DNA of 64,000 bases from a candidate division WOR-3 bacterium. Its GTDB lineage: Bacteria > Hydrothermota > 32-111. The position numbers and the translations under genes were made by a program. The notes below the pieces were generated by a model, which saw only the letters and a list, made by a program, of their open reading frames with translations, had not been told where the DNA came from and did not search any database. The stretch spans positions 768,001 to 832,000 of the forward strand of contig JBDRZU010000001.1 in the NCBI GenBank assembly GCA_039804105.1, given 5' to 3'. Shown piece by piece: positions 1-9,361 of this stretch (positions are counted from its first letter, which is position 1; every line of letters begins with the position of its first letter).

Positions 1-181
1 TTTTTGTAATCGAAGAATAGCCCATTGAAGCTGCCATACCTTTTATCGTATGCATCCCTCTGAAAATCGAGTTTATTGCCTCTATATCGTTCATATCCTT
101 TTCAAGTTTCAAAATAGAATCTGAAACCTGATCAAGGTATTCTTCAGCTTCGCTTATGAACAATTCTTCGTAATTTGTCAT
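1..181 (-). CDS. cheA: Chemotaxis histidine kinase CheA, N-terminal HPt domain (partial, runs off the window start)
   Basis: Not in the ORF track; manual translation from ATG at 181 gives MTNYEELFISEAEEYLDQ...INSIFRGMHTIKGMAASMGY, the HPt FRxxHTIKG motif; directly follows cheY. Confidence 0.92.
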   Translation of the reverse strand, partial: MTNYEELFISEAEEYLDQVSDSILKLEKDMNDIEAINSIFRGMHTIKGMAASMGYSSITK

Positions 182-184
182 ACA

Positions 185-553
185 CTATTTTAAATTTAAA
201 ACTCTGTTCACAGATTCAAGAACCCTTGAAGGTTGAAAAGGTTTAACAACAAAATCTTTGGCTCCCGCCTGAATCGCTTCAACTACAAGTGATTGCTGGC
301 CCATAGCGGAAACCATCAATATCTTTGCGTTTGGGAACTCTTTTATAATTTCCCTGACAGCATCTATACCTGACATATCAGGCATTATGATATCCATAGT
401 TACAAGATCCGGCTGTAATTCCCTATACATCTGAACAGCCTGAGATCCTGTCCCTGCCTCCCCACAAATTTCAAAACCTTCCTTTTTCAGAATATCTGCG
501 ATCATCCTTCTCATAAAAATTGCGTCATCAACGATAAGCACCCTTGTAGCCAT
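185..553 (-). CDS. cheY: Chemotaxis response regulator CheY
   Basis: Stand-alone REC domain with IVDDA, DLVTMDIIMP (phospho-Asp) and FVVKPF; lies between cheW and cheA; AGGAGG RBS. Confidence 0.93.
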   Translation of the reverse strand: MATRVLIVDDAIFMRRMIADILKKEGFEICGEAGTGSQAVQMYRELQPDLVTMDIIMPDMSGIDAVREIIKEFPNAKILMVSAMGQQSLVVEAIQAGAKDFVVKPFQPSRVLESVNRVLNLK

Positions 554-564
554 ATTTTTTCCTC

Positions 565-963
565 CTAATTTTTGTTGATAATATTTTTCAAATTCAATAT
601 TATAATCTCTTTACCATCTTTTTCAACAAAACCTTTTATATATTCACCCTCACTCTCTTCATCTTTTACTTTTGATACATTTATTATACCTTCTATTTCA
701 TCTATTAAAAGTCCATATTTTTCCTTATTGTTTTCACAGATGATTATATAATTTTCCTCAACCTTTTTCATCATTTTTAATTTTTTCTTCAACGAGATCA
801 AAACAACAACATCACCCCTTAAGTTTATAACACTTTCTATGTAATCTTCAGCGTTTGGAATTCTAATTCCTTTTATTCTCTCATAAATATCTATTATTTC
901 AGATATTTTTATTCCATATATTTTGCCTTCGATTTTAAATGTTATATACTGTTCATTTTCCAT
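565..963 (-). CDS. cheW: Chemotaxis coupling protein CheW
   Basis: IPNAEDYIESVINLRGDVVVLISL and YGLLIDEI match the CheW signature. Confidence 0.9.
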   Translation of the reverse strand: MENEQYITFKIEGKIYGIKISEIIDIYERIKGIRIPNAEDYIESVINLRGDVVVLISLKKKLKMMKKVEENYIIICENNKEKYGLLIDEIEGIINVSKVKDEESEGEYIKGFVEKDGKEIIILNLKNIINKN

Positions 964-967
964 TCTG

Positions 968-3900
968 TTAAATCTCCTTCCATGTGAACTCTATTGGTAA
1001 AACACTTAAAGGATGTGCATAAAAACCATGAACATCATCATGTATTGCGATCTGTCGATAGTTGTGAGTTAAAAATACCCATGGAGCATCGTCAACAATA
1101 ATTTTTTCAATTTCCTGATAAAGTTTGTTTCTTTCCTCAAAATTCGTTGTCATCCTCGCTTTTAAAATAAGGTCATCCACCTGTTTGTTTGAATAAAAAG
1201 AGTTATTTCCACCATCTCCAAAACTTTCACTATGAAAAAGGGGATACAAGAAATTGTCTGGTTCTCCTGTGTCACCAGCCCAACCCATCATAAAAAGATC
1301 ACATTTCCCAGAATGCATTCTATCGAGAAGTTCTACCCATTTTAAGGGAACTATTTTTATTCTTATACCTATTTCCTGCCACATACTCTGTAAGAGTTCC
1401 GCTCTTTTTATAACCCTTTCAGAATTTGAGCATATCATTTCAAAATTGTGTTTTATACCATCTGAGAACCCTGCTTTTAACATTAATTCTTTCGCTCTTG
1501 CAAGGTTATAGGGATAACCTTCAAGAGATTTGTTATAACATGGAAGTGATGGTGGGAAAACACCTTTTGAAATTATCCCGAGACCAAACATAGTTTCGTT
1601 TATATACCGTGACTTATCGGTAGCATAGTTGATTGCTTTTCTTATCTCTTTTGTTAATGTAATCTCATTTTTTCTTGACATGTTGAAACCAACATACTGA
1701 ACATCAAGAGAAGGTATCGTTAACACTTTGATATCAACCCTGTTCTGTTTTTTTAATTTTTCAAGATCCTCAGCGTTTACAGAGCAGTAATCAATCTTTC
1801 TGGCTAACAGTTCTTCAAACTCATCCTCTTCTCTTTTTATTTTTATTTCAACACTTTCAACGAAAGGTTCTCCTCCAAAGTAATACTTATTGGATTCCAT
1901 AAGAATCCTTTCATCATCAACATATTTTAAAACGAACGGTCCACATCCGATACAGTTGTTCTTCATCTTTTCATCGGAAAATTTTACCATATCCTTTTTA
2001 ACCACTGCTAGACATATCACAGCAAGATTTGAAAGGAATGGGATATAAGGATATTCAAGGGAAAACTTTATCGTATGCTCATCTATTATTTCAATTCCCT
2101 CAACATCACGCGCTCTTCTTTTAATATAATTTTGAGCTCCCTTTATCATATTCACAAAAGGAGCGTTTGGAGTTAAAAGAACATTTTTTATGCTCTCTTT
2201 CACATCCTCTGCTGTTACAGGTGTTCCATCGTGAAAGTAAGCGTTTTTTCTTAAAAAGAAAACCCATTCCGTTGCGTCAGAGTTTATATGCCAATATTTT
2301 GCAAGTGCTGGAATAACATTTGTATCCTTTCCAAATCTAACGAGTCCCACATGGATCTGTTGTAAAACTGTATTACTCGTTGAATCCCCCACAAGTGCGG
2401 GCTGCCAATGAACGGGCAGATTGTTCATTATGAATTTAAATTTGTTCTTTTCAGGATCCCTTTTGATTATGAACTTTTCTGAAAATGTTTCCTGTATACC
2501 TGAAACCATTTTCAAAGATTCTTCGCTTTTTAGAATATCGTTTTTAAAAATCTTGTTCAATTCATCAGCCATTTGATTTATTTTTTCTGATTTTGAAATT
2601 ATATTCATATAAAGTTTAACTATCTCATCTTTTAAAACTTCCTGCTGGGTTATAGTATCGTAGATCTCTTTCAAAAGATTTTTAAAATTCTCAGCTGAGT
2701 CCTTTACATCCTTTACAACCTTGTTGCTCGTTTCTATTGAGAAAATAATCTTTTCAGCAGAATCGAGTTCTTTATCCACTATACTCAAAACATCATGCAA
2801 AAGTTTTTCCATATTTTTCACAATATCTTTTATCTCAAGTGACGCATCCGTTGCTTTTTTTATGAGTTCTTTTGTCTGTGAAACTATAACAACAAGATTC
2901 TGTTGATATTTGCCTGATCTTGCTGCTTCAATCGAAGCATAGAGCGAAAGCAATTTTGTCTGTTCTGAAAGTTCTTTCAATTCCAAACTCGTTTCAAAAA
3001 TGGATTTCAAATTTTTTGATATTTCGCTGAAATCATCTTTAAGATTAAGTATCATTTCAAGAGTTTTTTCTATATCATTCTTCACATTGATAACACTCGT
3101 TGAGAACTCATTAACTGCACCAAGGAGAAGGTTAAGATTGTCTTCTATCTCTCCTACATTTTTCAGCATCAATTGCTCGCTTTCCTCTATCGATTCGATA
3201 GCACCAAAATAGTTTTTAACAACCTTTGATTGTTCATCATTTTTTTCTATAAACTCGTTTATAACTCCCATCGTTTGATCTATTATGTTTTTACTGTTTT
3301 CAATAAAAAATTCTATCTTTTTGAAAATCTTGATCTCGGTCGATATTGAACTATCAAGAGATTTTTTTTCATAAATAAGGTCTGACAAAGGTTCAAGTTG
3401 TTGCATAAGATTCGATAGTCCAACCTTTACATCAGATTGCGTTTTAACCATTGTTAGAAGTTTTTCTGTTGACTGTAAAGAAACATCAATTATGTTTTGA
3501 ACACTTTTGTTAAGATCGTTAATCAGATTTTTATTCTTATCCTGAATATTTATATATTCTTTCATCTTATCCGATTTTAATACTATATCCGAAAGGTTCA
3601 TCTCAACATTTTTTAATCTAAAATTCAAAAGATCTATATTCTTTTTTAGTGCATCGATTCTGAACTTAACATTATCAACAGATTCGATAACATTTTCTGT
3701 TTTTATCTTTATAATGTTGATACTTTCGGGAATCCTTTTGGTTAGATTGAAGGTTTTGTTCGCAAGAAGAAGCATCCTGTCAGCTATAACTTCAAACCCT
3801 CTTCCACTCTCTCCGGCATGGTACGATTTTATTCCAGCATTCCTTGCAGCTGATTCGGTCATCTGTGCTATACCTATTATGATTTCTGTTATCTGTCCTA

Positions 3901-4306
3901 TATGTTTTGAATAGTCGTTAAAAGGTTTTACTATATCGAGAATCTGGGATGAACCACTTGTAAAAATATTCAATTGGTTTATCACCTGATCAAACTCTTT
4001 AACACTATTTTTTATACTTTCAGTTGAATTTTTCGAATAATCTATCAGAACATCAGCAGCTTCGGAAACTATCTGTATCGAAGCGTAAAGTTTGTTTCCT
4101 TTGTCCTCGATCTTTTCTATTTCATCAACTAAACCTTTTTCTTCAATTGAAATCGAAGAGAGTATCGAATGGGCGTTTCTGTTTATTTCAAGAAGTTCAT
4201 CATCATCTATTTTTATAGTTTTCAAAGCATAGATCAACGCTGTTGGATCGAATTCCTCTTCCTGTATTACTCCCTTTCTTTTAAAAAAATTGAAGAAAGA
4301 CATCAT
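968..4306 (-). CDS. Soluble methyl-accepting chemotaxis-like protein (two signalling hairpins) fused to a C-terminal family-5 (OppA/DppA/NikA-type) solute-binding domain
   Basis: Hairpin-tip-like motifs near aa 146 (IAQMTESAARNAGIKSYHAGESGRGFEVIA) and aa 448 (EQTKLLSLYASIEAARSG); from about aa 620 SBP_bac_5 motifs PALAKYW, FHDGTPVTAEDV, IGCGPF, IRKAINYA; no signal peptide or TM helix. Confidence 0.85.
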   Translation of the reverse strand: MMSFFNFFKRKGVIQEEEFDPTALIYALKTIKIDDDELLEINRNAHSILSSISIEEKGLVDEIEKIEDKGNKLYASIQIVSEAADVLIDYSKNSTESIKNSVKEFDQVINQLNIFTSGSSQILDIVKPFNDYSKHIGQITEIIIGIAQMTESAARNAGIKSYHAGESGRGFEVIADRMLLLANKTFNLTKRIPESINIIKIKTENVIESVDNVKFRIDALKKNIDLLNFRLKNVEMNLSDIVLKSDKMKEYINIQDKNKNLINDLNKSVQNIIDVSLQSTEKLLTMVKTQSDVKVGLSNLMQQLEPLSDLIYEKKSLDSSISTEIKIFKKIEFFIENSKNIIDQTMGVINEFIEKNDEQSKVVKNYFGAIESIEESEQLMLKNVGEIEDNLNLLLGAVNEFSTSVINVKNDIEKTLEMILNLKDDFSEISKNLKSIFETSLELKELSEQTKLLSLYASIEAARSGKYQQNLVVIVSQTKELIKKATDASLEIKDIVKNMEKLLHDVLSIVDKELDSAEKIIFSIETSNKVVKDVKDSAENFKNLLKEIYDTITQQEVLKDEIVKLYMNIISKSEKINQMADELNKIFKNDILKSEESLKMVSGIQETFSEKFIIKRDPEKNKFKFIMNNLPVHWQPALVGDSTSNTVLQQIHVGLVRFGKDTNVIPALAKYWHINSDATEWVFFLRKNAYFHDGTPVTAEDVKESIKNVLLTPNAPFVNMIKGAQNYIKRRARDVEGIEIIDEHTIKFSLEYPYIPFLSNLAVICLAVVKKDMVKFSDEKMKNNCIGCGPFVLKYVDDERILMESNKYYFGGEPFVESVEIKIKREEDEFEELLARKIDYCSVNAEDLEKLKKQNRVDIKVLTIPSLDVQYVGFNMSRKNEITLTKEIRKAINYATDKSRYINETMFGLGIISKGVFPPSLPCYNKSLEGYPYNLARAKELMLKAGFSDGIKHNFEMICSNSERVIKRAELLQSMWQEIGIRIKIVPLKWVELLDRMHSGKCDLFMMGWAGDTGEPDNFLYPLFHSESFGDGGNNSFYSNKQVDDLILKARMTTNFEERNKLYQEIEKIIVDDAPWVFLTHNYRQIAIHDDVHGFYAHPLSVLPIEFTWKEI

Positions 4307-4328
4307 ATCAAATCCTTTTTAAAAATAA

Positions 4329-4357
4329 AATATAACATAATAATAAAAATAAATCAA
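4329..4357 (-). promoter_or_regulatory. Putative sigma-70 promoter of the mcp-cheW-cheY-cheA operon
   Basis: TTGATT-N17-TATATT with TG extension; AAGGA RBS before the ATG. Confidence 0.5.
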
Positions 4358-4376
4358 TATGGTGGATTTTGAAAAA

Positions 4377-4967
4377 TCAATCTATATTTTGCCTTTTTTC
4401 GACAGAACATTGAAGTGTAAAATCATCTATATACTCAAAATCTGTTCCAAAAGGAATACCTCTTGCAATTGTTGTGATCTTTTCAACTTTGTTCTTCAAA
4501 AGCTTTGTAAGATAAATGGTTGTTGTCTCTCCTTCGGTTGAAGGTGATAATGCTATGATCACCTCTTTTATTTTACCATCTTCAATTCTATTCACAAGTT
4601 TTTCAAAAGATAACTTTTCAGGTGTTATACCATCAAGTGGTGATATCAAACCACCAAGTATATGGTAAAGCCCATTATATCTTTTGGTTCTCTCGAAGAT
4701 GAACAGATCTCGAGGTTTTTCTAAAACCATTAAAATATTCTCATCCCTCTTGTTGTTCGAACAGATACTACATGGGTCTGTTTCATCAACACTCCCGCAG
4801 ATTGAACAAACTTTTATATTCTCTGAAAGTTCAAGTATCGATTCTGACAATTCTTTTGAAAACTCTTTTCCTTTCGAGATCAAAAAGAATATCAACCTTT
4901 CAGCAGATTTCTCACCTATACCTGGAAGTTCTTTTAAATTTTTTTTCAACCGATCAAAACTCGTCAT
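4377..4967 (-). CDS. recR: Recombination mediator RecR
   Basis: LPGIGEKSAERL HhH, C4 zinc finger CSIC...CSIC, Toprim (YHILGGLISPLDG, EGETT); start moved to the ATG at 4967 just after the ybaB stop. Confidence 0.95.
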   Translation of the reverse strand: MTSFDRLKKNLKELPGIGEKSAERLIFFLISKGKEFSKELSESILELSENIKVCSICGSVDETDPCSICSNNKRDENILMVLEKPRDLFIFERTKRYNGLYHILGGLISPLDGITPEKLSFEKLVNRIEDGKIKEVIIALSPSTEGETTTIYLTKLLKNKVEKITTIARGIPFGTDFEYIDDFTLQCSVEKRQNID

Positions 4968-4968
4968 A

Positions 4969-5283
4969 TCAAAATCCCAGCATATTAGGTAACTGGATTC
5001 CACCAGTTATCTTTGCCATCTCTTCCCTGTTTAAAATGTCAACCTTGTTCTTTGCTTCGTTGAATGCTGATTTCAAAAGGTCCGTTATTACAACAGGTTC
5101 CTCGTTTTTCAAAATTTCCTCTGAAACAGTTATATCAACAACTTCATATTTACCATTCATTTTAACATTGACCATTCCACCACCAACACTCGCTTCAACA
5201 ACAGTACTTTTAAGTTTTTCTTCCATCTCATCCATCATCTTTTGCATCTGTTGTGCCTGCTTCATAAGTTTTTTCATGTCCAT
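4969..5283 (-). CDS. ybaB: YbaB/EbfC nucleoid-associated protein
   Basis: MKQAQQMQ...ASVGGGMVNVKMNG; canonical dnaX-ybaB-recR order. Confidence 0.93.
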   Translation of the reverse strand: MDMKKLMKQAQQMQKMMDEMEEKLKSTVVEASVGGGMVNVKMNGKYEVVDITVSEEILKNEEPVVITDLLKSAFNEAKNKVDILNREEMAKITGGIQLPNMLGF

Positions 5284-5291
5284 TTTTCCTC

Positions 5292-6824
5292 CTAATAGAT
5301 TATCTCTCCATCAAACCTTTCGATTATCTTCAACACATTTTCATTCTTATCAAGTCCTGTACTCAAGATCTGATTATCCTTAGTTTCATTTTTTAAAAAA
5401 ATGATATCAAGTACTATCTTTTCGTTAAAATCTTTTATTAAACCTTTGATCTTTTGATCTTTTAAAACATATTCAAGGGATTCGGGAAAAGAAATTTTTA
5501 TATACTCTTTTTTTCTTTCAATAACATTCCCATTTTCAAGTGCTGTTCCAACAACAGGATCTTTTTTCTTACAGAATTCTATAAATTTTTCAAAAACTAA
5601 ATTCTCTTTCTCCTGTTCAACTTTTTCCACAGTGTTCGAATCAATGTTTTTTGGTGTTACTTCAACTTTTTTTTCGATTTTTGTCTCTGAAAACTTTTTT
5701 TCGTTGAGCAATTTTATTATCTCATCTATATCTCTCCCATCTATCATAAAAGGTATTCTCATCAATTGATTTTCAACAACAATTTTTCTATTGGAGGCAA
5801 ATTTTAATTTATTAGAAAGTTCGATCAACTCCCTTATTATCTGGTTCAAAGTTGTGTTTGAAAAATGTTTTGCTTGATCTTTTGCTTTTTCATACACTTC
5901 AGGGTGTAATGATGATATCTCATCGGTTGTTATATCATTTTTTAAAAGCACAAGATAATGAAAGTAAGTAGCAAACTCTGATACAAAAGTTTCTATATCA
6001 AAGCCCTTAAGCAAAAGTTCCTCAAAACTCTCCACAATACCTTTCAAATCCTTATCCAATATCTTTTGAACGAGTTTAACAAAAAAGTATGTATCGAGAC
6101 GCCCAAAAATCGAATTAACATCATCGTATGTTATCTTTTTATGAACAAGTGCTATCTGGTCAAGCATCGATAACGCATCTCTCATCCCACCATCAGCCAT
6201 TTGAGCGATCAGGTTGAGTCCTTCAACATCATAATCTATCTTTTGATCCTCACAAATTATCTTCAACTGCTTAACTATCTCAGATATTGGCAACCTTTTG
6301 AAATCAAATCTCTGGCACCTTGAAAGTATGGTCGGTATAACATTGAAAGGTTCTGTGGTACAGAATATAAATTTAACATGCTCTGGAGGTTCCTCTAATA
6401 TTTTCAGCAAGGCATTGAATGCCTCTTTTGTTAACATATGAACTTCATCGATAATAAAAATTTTGTTTTTTGCTGAAATTGCGACATATCCAGCTTTGTC
6501 TCTCAAATCTCTTATTTCATCTATCCCTCTATTAGATGCACCATCTATTTCAACAACATCAACATCCCTTCCATTGATTATATCTTTACATGATTTACAT
6601 TTTAAACATGGTTCACCGTTTTCAATATTCTCACAGTTCAAAGCCATCGCAAGAATCCTTGCTGTTGTAGTTTTACCAACCCCCCTTGGTCCTGAAAAAA
6701 GTAAAGCATGAGGTATCCTGTTGTTTTTCACAGCATTCTTCAAAACTTTTACTATATGATCCTGTCCTATAACATCCTCAAACCTCTGAGGTCGATATTT
6801 TCTTGCAAAAACTATATACGTCAT
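5292..6824 (-). CDS. dnaX: DNA polymerase III subunit gamma/tau
   Basis: ARKYRP, Walker A GPRGVGKTT, EIDGASNRG, IIDEVHML, TILSRCQ. Confidence 0.97.
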   Translation of the reverse strand: MTYIVFARKYRPQRFEDVIGQDHIVKVLKNAVKNNRIPHALLFSGPRGVGKTTTARILAMALNCENIENGEPCLKCKSCKDIINGRDVDVVEIDGASNRGIDEIRDLRDKAGYVAISAKNKIFIIDEVHMLTKEAFNALLKILEEPPEHVKFIFCTTEPFNVIPTILSRCQRFDFKRLPISEIVKQLKIICEDQKIDYDVEGLNLIAQMADGGMRDALSMLDQIALVHKKITYDDVNSIFGRLDTYFFVKLVQKILDKDLKGIVESFEELLLKGFDIETFVSEFATYFHYLVLLKNDITTDEISSLHPEVYEKAKDQAKHFSNTTLNQIIRELIELSNKLKFASNRKIVVENQLMRIPFMIDGRDIDEIIKLLNEKKFSETKIEKKVEVTPKNIDSNTVEKVEQEKENLVFEKFIEFCKKKDPVVGTALENGNVIERKKEYIKISFPESLEYVLKDQKIKGLIKDFNEKIVLDIIFLKNETKDNQILSTGLDKNENVLKIIERFDGEIIY

Positions 6825-6845
6825 ATTTTTTCCTTTGTTGATATG

Positions 6846-6916
6846 GCGGCGGAGATAGAGGCCTTTTACTGCTGCTTCTTTTCAGACCTGACAGGGTTCA
6901 AGACATATCTCCCCGC
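6846..6916 (-). ncRNA. ffs: Signal recognition particle RNA (4.5S, small bacterial type)
   Basis: Minus strand reads GCGGGGAGAUA-UGUCUUGAACCCUGUCAGGUCU-GAAA-AGAAGCAGCAGUAAAAGGCCUC-UAUCUCCGCCGC: helix 8 with GNRA loop and CAGG/AGCA symmetric loop; typical position upstream of dnaX. Confidence 0.93.
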
Positions 6917-6924
6917 GTGTTTTT

Positions 6925-6952
6925 ATAATACCATTTATAAAACTATTTTCAA
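6925..6952 (-). promoter_or_regulatory. Putative promoter of ffs-dnaX-ybaB-recR
   Basis: TTGAAA-N16-TATTAT with TG extension, just upstream of the SRP RNA 5' end. Confidence 0.55.
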
Positions 6953-6959
6953 GAAGGAA

Positions 6960-7958
6960 TCAATTCCTGTTTTTCCGCTGTGCTTTTATATGTTCATTGT
7001 AAGTTTTTGTAAAAGTATGTGTCCCATCTCCATTAGATACATAAAAAAGAAAATCATGCTTTGTTGGATTTAAAGCCGCATCAACAGACACACTTCCTGG
7101 TGAACATATCGGTGTTGGTGGAAGTCCTGCGTTCTTGTAAGTATTGTATGGAGAGTTTACCTCAAGATCCCTATATAAGAGTTTCCCACCATCTTTCCCA
7201 AGAGCATAAAAGACGGTTGCACAACATTGTAAATTCATATCTTTTTTCAATCTGTTGTAGTAAACTCCCGATATTAGATATTTTTCCTGATCAACTTTTG
7301 CTTCCTTCTCTATTATGGATGCAAGTATTATGTACTCATACCTTGTAAATGAAAACTCATTCGTTTTGAACAAGGATTCTGGATATTTTTCTTCAAAAAG
7401 TTCCAACATTTTCAAAACCATATCTCTTGCTCCCATATCATCAGTAAAATAGTATGTTTCTGGTAGAAGAAAACCCTCACAATTTTTTCCTTTTATATTA
7501 TACTTTTTTAAAATTTCTTTCGAAAAACATGTTGAAAAAAATTCTGTTGAATCTATTTTAAACTCTTCTTTCAGACGTTTGTATATCTGCTTTAAAGTGA
7601 AACCCTCAGGTATAACAACTTTTTTCTGTAAAACTTTTCCCTTATAAATTTTATAAAAAGCATCATATTCGTTTTGGTTTTTTTCAAGGAGGTAAATCCC
7701 CGCCTTCATCTTCTTGTCAGCATTATAGACCTTTACAAAAAACTTAAAAAGATTTGGATTATTTATTATTGAACTATCAACAAGAACTTTTTCTATATCT
7801 TTTAAACTCATTCCATTTTTTATTTCAACTCTGATATACTCTTTAGGTTTGTTTTCCCTTTCAGTTGAAAAACTTTGATAGTTGAGTTTAATAAAAACGA
7901 TTGAAATCATTAATAAAAGTAAAAAACCAAAATATTTATTTTTCTCTTTCAAAATCAA
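6960..7958 (-). CDS. mltG: Endolytic transglycosylase MltG (YceG family)
   Basis: N-terminal TM; IPEGFT, EGFLLPETY, LASIIEKE, SPYNTYKNAGLPPTPICSPG. Confidence 0.95.
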   Translation of the reverse strand: MILKEKNKYFGFLLLLMISIVFIKLNYQSFSTERENKPKEYIRVEIKNGMSLKDIEKVLVDSSIINNPNLFKFFVKVYNADKKMKAGIYLLEKNQNEYDAFYKIYKGKVLQKKVVIPEGFTLKQIYKRLKEEFKIDSTEFFSTCFSKEILKKYNIKGKNCEGFLLPETYYFTDDMGARDMVLKMLELFEEKYPESLFKTNEFSFTRYEYIILASIIEKEAKVDQEKYLISGVYYNRLKKDMNLQCCATVFYALGKDGGKLLYRDLEVNSPYNTYKNAGLPPTPICSPGSVSVDAALNPTKHDFLFYVSNGDGTHTFTKTYNEHIKAQRKNRN

Positions 7959-8334
7959 GATACTCCTTCATAATTATCATCGCTGATACAGAATCGATCA
8001 TCTTTTCTTTTTTATCTTTTAAACCACTTTCTTTGATTAACCTCTCTGATTCCTTTGTTGTCAAACGCTCGTTAAAAAATATTTTTTCAATTCCGTCAAG
8101 ATCCATGCCATTCAATAAATTTTTTATCCATAAAGACATTTCATTATCATTACCATCCTTATCAAGTGGAACACCTACTATTATTTTTTCTACATTATAC
8201 TCCTTTAAATATTTTTTCAAAATTTTTTCAAGTTCATCTGTCCTTACAGGTTTCTGTGGTAAAACTATCCCATCGATTGAAAGACATAGACCTGTTCTTT
8301 TTTTTCCAACATCAACAGACAAAAGGTTTGACAT
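7936..8334 (-). CDS. yqgF: YqgF/RuvX pre-16S rRNA nuclease
   Basis: SVDVGKKRTG, VGVP, NERLTT, IDSVSA. Confidence 0.9.
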   Translation of the reverse strand: MSNLLSVDVGKKRTGLCLSIDGIVLPQKPVRTDELEKILKKYLKEYNVEKIIVGVPLDKDGNDNEMSLWIKNLLNGMDLDGIEKIFFNERLTTKESERLIKESGLKDKKEKMIDSVSAMIIMKEYLDFEREK

Positions 8335-9358
8335 ATTCTTCTATAATTCCATTTATCAACCTTAGAATTTCAAATTTTGAAAACATTTTTGCTCTTCTGT
8401 ACCCTAAAACAGAAAATTCATAAAGTTTTTCTCTTTTTTCAAAAAGTTCGTTCAGAGCATTCAGTGGATCGTTTGAATTAAAATTAACGATTACCGCACT
8501 ACCACTAAAATTTTTTTCTATATCAAAACTTCCTGTTGTCAAAACAACACATTTGGAAGCCATCGCTTCAAGTATTGCTCTTCCCTGTTGCTCTTTCCAG
8601 GATGTTGTATCTTGCGAAAGATTGATAAAAATATCAACATCTTTATAAAAGTTGGGCATATTCTTATGCTCAACAAATCCTAAAAATTGGTAATCGATTT
8701 TTGAACTTTTCAAAAAATCAAGAAGCAGTTTTTCTTCTTTTCCTTTACCAGATATCTTTATTTTATAATCCTGCTTGAGATTCTTCAAAATCTCAATTAG
8801 AAGTTTAACCCCTTTATTCTCTTCTAATCTCCCTGCAAAACCAAGAGTCAATCTCTCTTTTGAAAAATTTTTATCTTCACTCAAAAAAAATTCATCAGGG
8901 ATATGCAATGGAACAATCTTTGTTTCTTTTTTAAAAATCTCTTCAAGAACCTGTTTTGAACCTTCACCGACTCCAACAAAAAGATCAACTCTATTTTTAA
9001 CAAAATTGTAGAGAGTATCTCTGAAAACATCCTTTTTTAAGATGTTTTGAGCACCTCTCAAAATCGATCTTTTATATTTTAAATTTTTCAGAATGAAGTA
9101 TGTTTGTGGAAGATATGGTTCTTCATCTATCCATAAAAGATCATAGAATTCTTTATCGTTTATGATTGGAATATAACCATTTTTTGTAAAAGGAAACTTT
9201 ATCTTTTTGAAACCATTTTCATCAAAATACTTTTCCCCAAATTCCCCTGTCCATAATTTAGGATATATTATTCTAACATCATATTCTTCCATAAGCATCT
9301 GAAAAATTTCTCTGTTCTGAGGATTAACATGCATGTGTCCAATAACCAAAATCTTCAT
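8312..9358 (-). CDS. Glycosyltransferase family 4
   Basis: GT-B motifs GFAGRLEENKG and EQQGRAILEAMAS. Confidence 0.85.
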   Translation of the reverse strand: MKILVIGHMHVNPQNREIFQMLMEEYDVRIIYPKLWTGEFGEKYFDENGFKKIKFPFTKNGYIPIINDKEFYDLLWIDEEPYLPQTYFILKNLKYKRSILRGAQNILKKDVFRDTLYNFVKNRVDLFVGVGEGSKQVLEEIFKKETKIVPLHIPDEFFLSEDKNFSKERLTLGFAGRLEENKGVKLLIEILKNLKQDYKIKISGKGKEEKLLLDFLKSSKIDYQFLGFVEHKNMPNFYKDVDIFINLSQDTTSWKEQQGRAILEAMASKCVVLTTGSFDIEKNFSGSAVIVNFNSNDPLNALNELFEKREKLYEFSVLGYRRAKMFSKFEILRLINGIIEEYVKPFVC

Positions 9359-9361
9359 AGA

